Of a DNA stretch of 64,000 nt, positions 63,301 to 64,000 are shown piece after piece (position 1 is the stretch's first letter; each line of letters starts with the position of its first letter). This DNA comes from Massalongia carnosa (Eukaryota), in NCBI GenBank assembly GCA_965645245.1, contig OZ287087.1, forward strand, positions 620,001-684,000. The letters run 5' to 3'. The notes under the pieces are model-generated. The model worked only from the letters and a program-made list of their open reading frames with translations. It was not told where the DNA came from and did not search any database. Both the position numbers and the translations under genes were made by a program.

Positions 63301-64000
63301 AGCCGTATGAAAGTCATCCGGACCAGGGATGTAATGTTTGATAAGACAAGATTTTATGAGCCCAATGAGCTCGATATAGGACATTTATTAAACATAACCG
63401 TGGAAAACGTGATTCAGGTGTTGGAAGTGCCCGAAACATCCTTTGCAGGAGTGATGATTGAGCAAGACGATGAGGAGGTAGGTCCGAGATTGGACCAAAC
63501 AACCAATCAACCTAGTGAAACAGAAACGTCAGAAAAGACGATGTTTCCTCATATCGATATGGAAAACAATCCTCACTTACCTACCCCTGAAAAGACACCG
63601 GAGCGTGATGGTTTGGAAATAAGCTCCGAGCCGGACGTTCAAGGAATGCCAGGTGTTCAATCAACCGAGGACGGACCGAGCCAGCCGAGACAGTCGGCTA
63701 GGCCGAGACGGACGCCTCGGGTGGTAGAGACAACGGATGAATCAATTGCCAGGAACACTAGATCAAGGAAACAGGCATATGCAATTGCGCTGGCATCAGT
63801 CAGCAAGTTAACCCCGTTCCATGCAGCGTTTTCGGTCGGCCTAGAACGGCCACAGGTCGGAACCTTGAAGAAATTCCATCGGGATGAGATCCCGGTGGAG
63901 CCCCGATATTGGAGGCAGATGCTCCATCACCGTTTTTCGCAGGAATTCCAGCTAGCGGCCATCAAAGAGCTCACCGAGCTTGAAAAGCGTGGTACGTACG
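60400..64000 (+). mobile_element. Second Ty1/Copia element (5' part), runs off the window
   Basis: LTR 60400-60733 (tgtcg...cgaca), PBS gttatgagccc, long ORF. Confidence 0.93.
60841..64000 (+). CDS. Copia-2 Gag-Pol, 3'-partial (absent from the ORF track, consistent with no stop in the window)
   Basis: MSFSTLP..., CICGKKHRFKDC, WTLDCGTDIHV, WHEMLGH...CETC, RTDDE, QNGQTER, start of the RT region; spot-checked lines stay in frame. Confidence 0.9.
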   Translation, partial: MSFSTLPASSQKTVVVLKEPGDWDEWILIVESMAKRGGIEQYVDLAKPEPDEPIRPITPTFSSMKAGAVSSEDLTEGQRRDLILRREDHREDLRTYREKTEALKNLEAYILTTVDRTNLLYLRGQDSIYKKLSALKKRLAPTDRIRELEVIRKYKDLQRAPKSQQLDHWLLEWEKVYAEADRLKIPDVQGHRCIYDFLNALRTVDGSFVAGREAILQYKIHRNEEDFSIRDLLEEFRNHLRTARALDSKGATHSAFATFQGSDQSDQEKSNSTMSQKSAQGSNSDQGNSEKKCICGKKHRFKDCYYLLKDLRPEGWTPDKSIEKIIEEKLAKNHRLDKIIKSVRDKHAKQVEKVGREEKSSSEKSDPAAFAVSIVPAGSSVSILPAAPPRSFSTFAVASEPEPHRLVNCWTLDCGTDIHVCNDPERFQLTRTANTDDKLMAGKTVYSIDGYGTVDITAQGPHGPVPIRLLDVALSSGFFTNLVCLSKLTKKGVHWDTEHSHLHQKGKTFCRTKQIGGHWVIEDNPPTVRSHRAFAASTSPKPELIATGKEWHEMLGHPGPETISHLEKGVDGVKVTVPESAPNTMQCETCSLTKAHHLISRRSGQEEPANFPLGRVGYDLIQLTEAYNGDNWVSHFRCFYTSMDFVYTHTRKNDALGVIKEFLKMTKTRYDQTVRFFRTDDERTLGLEFAEFMKMRGITTERSAPYTPAQNGQTERSGGVLVIRARALRIAANLPASMWPEIFKTVGYLNNRTPKKMLGWKTPIDKLTGEKPKLSHLQPYGCRAFPLNQVIPRKEKLEPRAFIGYLVGYDSTNIFRIWIPSRMKVIRTRDVMFDKTRFYEPNELDIGHLLNITVENVIQVLEVPETSFAGVMIEQDDEEVGPRLDQTTNQPSETETSEKTMFPHIDMENNPHLPTPEKTPERDGLEISSEPDVQGMPGVQSTEDGPSQPRQSARPRRTPRVVETTDESIARNTRSRKQAYAIALASVSKLTPFHAAFSVGLERPQVGTLKKFHRDEIPVEPRYWRQMLHHRFSQEFQLAAIKELTELEKRGTY

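Overview
Eukaryotic DNA from a filamentous ascomycete (inferred from GT-AG introns with CTRAC branch points, Tad1-type LINEs, a chromoviral Gypsy and RIP-like CpA/TpG->TpA stops). Roughly two thirds of the window is a nested transposon landscape: L1-like LINE relics (1-7.2 kb), a young intact Copia (9438-15391) inside an APH/AIM9-like phosphotransferase gene, four to five 5'-truncated Tad1-like LINE pieces, a MULE deletion derivative, a piggyBac-family element with TA rather than TTAA flanks, two pogo/Fot1-type Tc1-mariner elements, a PIF/Harbinger with nested LTRs, at least seven solo LTRs, and a chromodomain Gypsy whose 3' LTR is split by a second Copia running off the window. Non-TE genes are accessory-type: an HNH-domain protein, a NACHT-ankyrin NLR pseudogene with 16 near-identical repeats, a Cys-rich secreted-protein pseudogene, and an intronless ATP-grasp ligase plus D-amino-acid-oxidase-like pair, the best candidate for an undescribed metabolic module. 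No rRNA, tRNA, CRISPR or Starship captain was seen. All calls come from reading motifs by eye; no database search was run.
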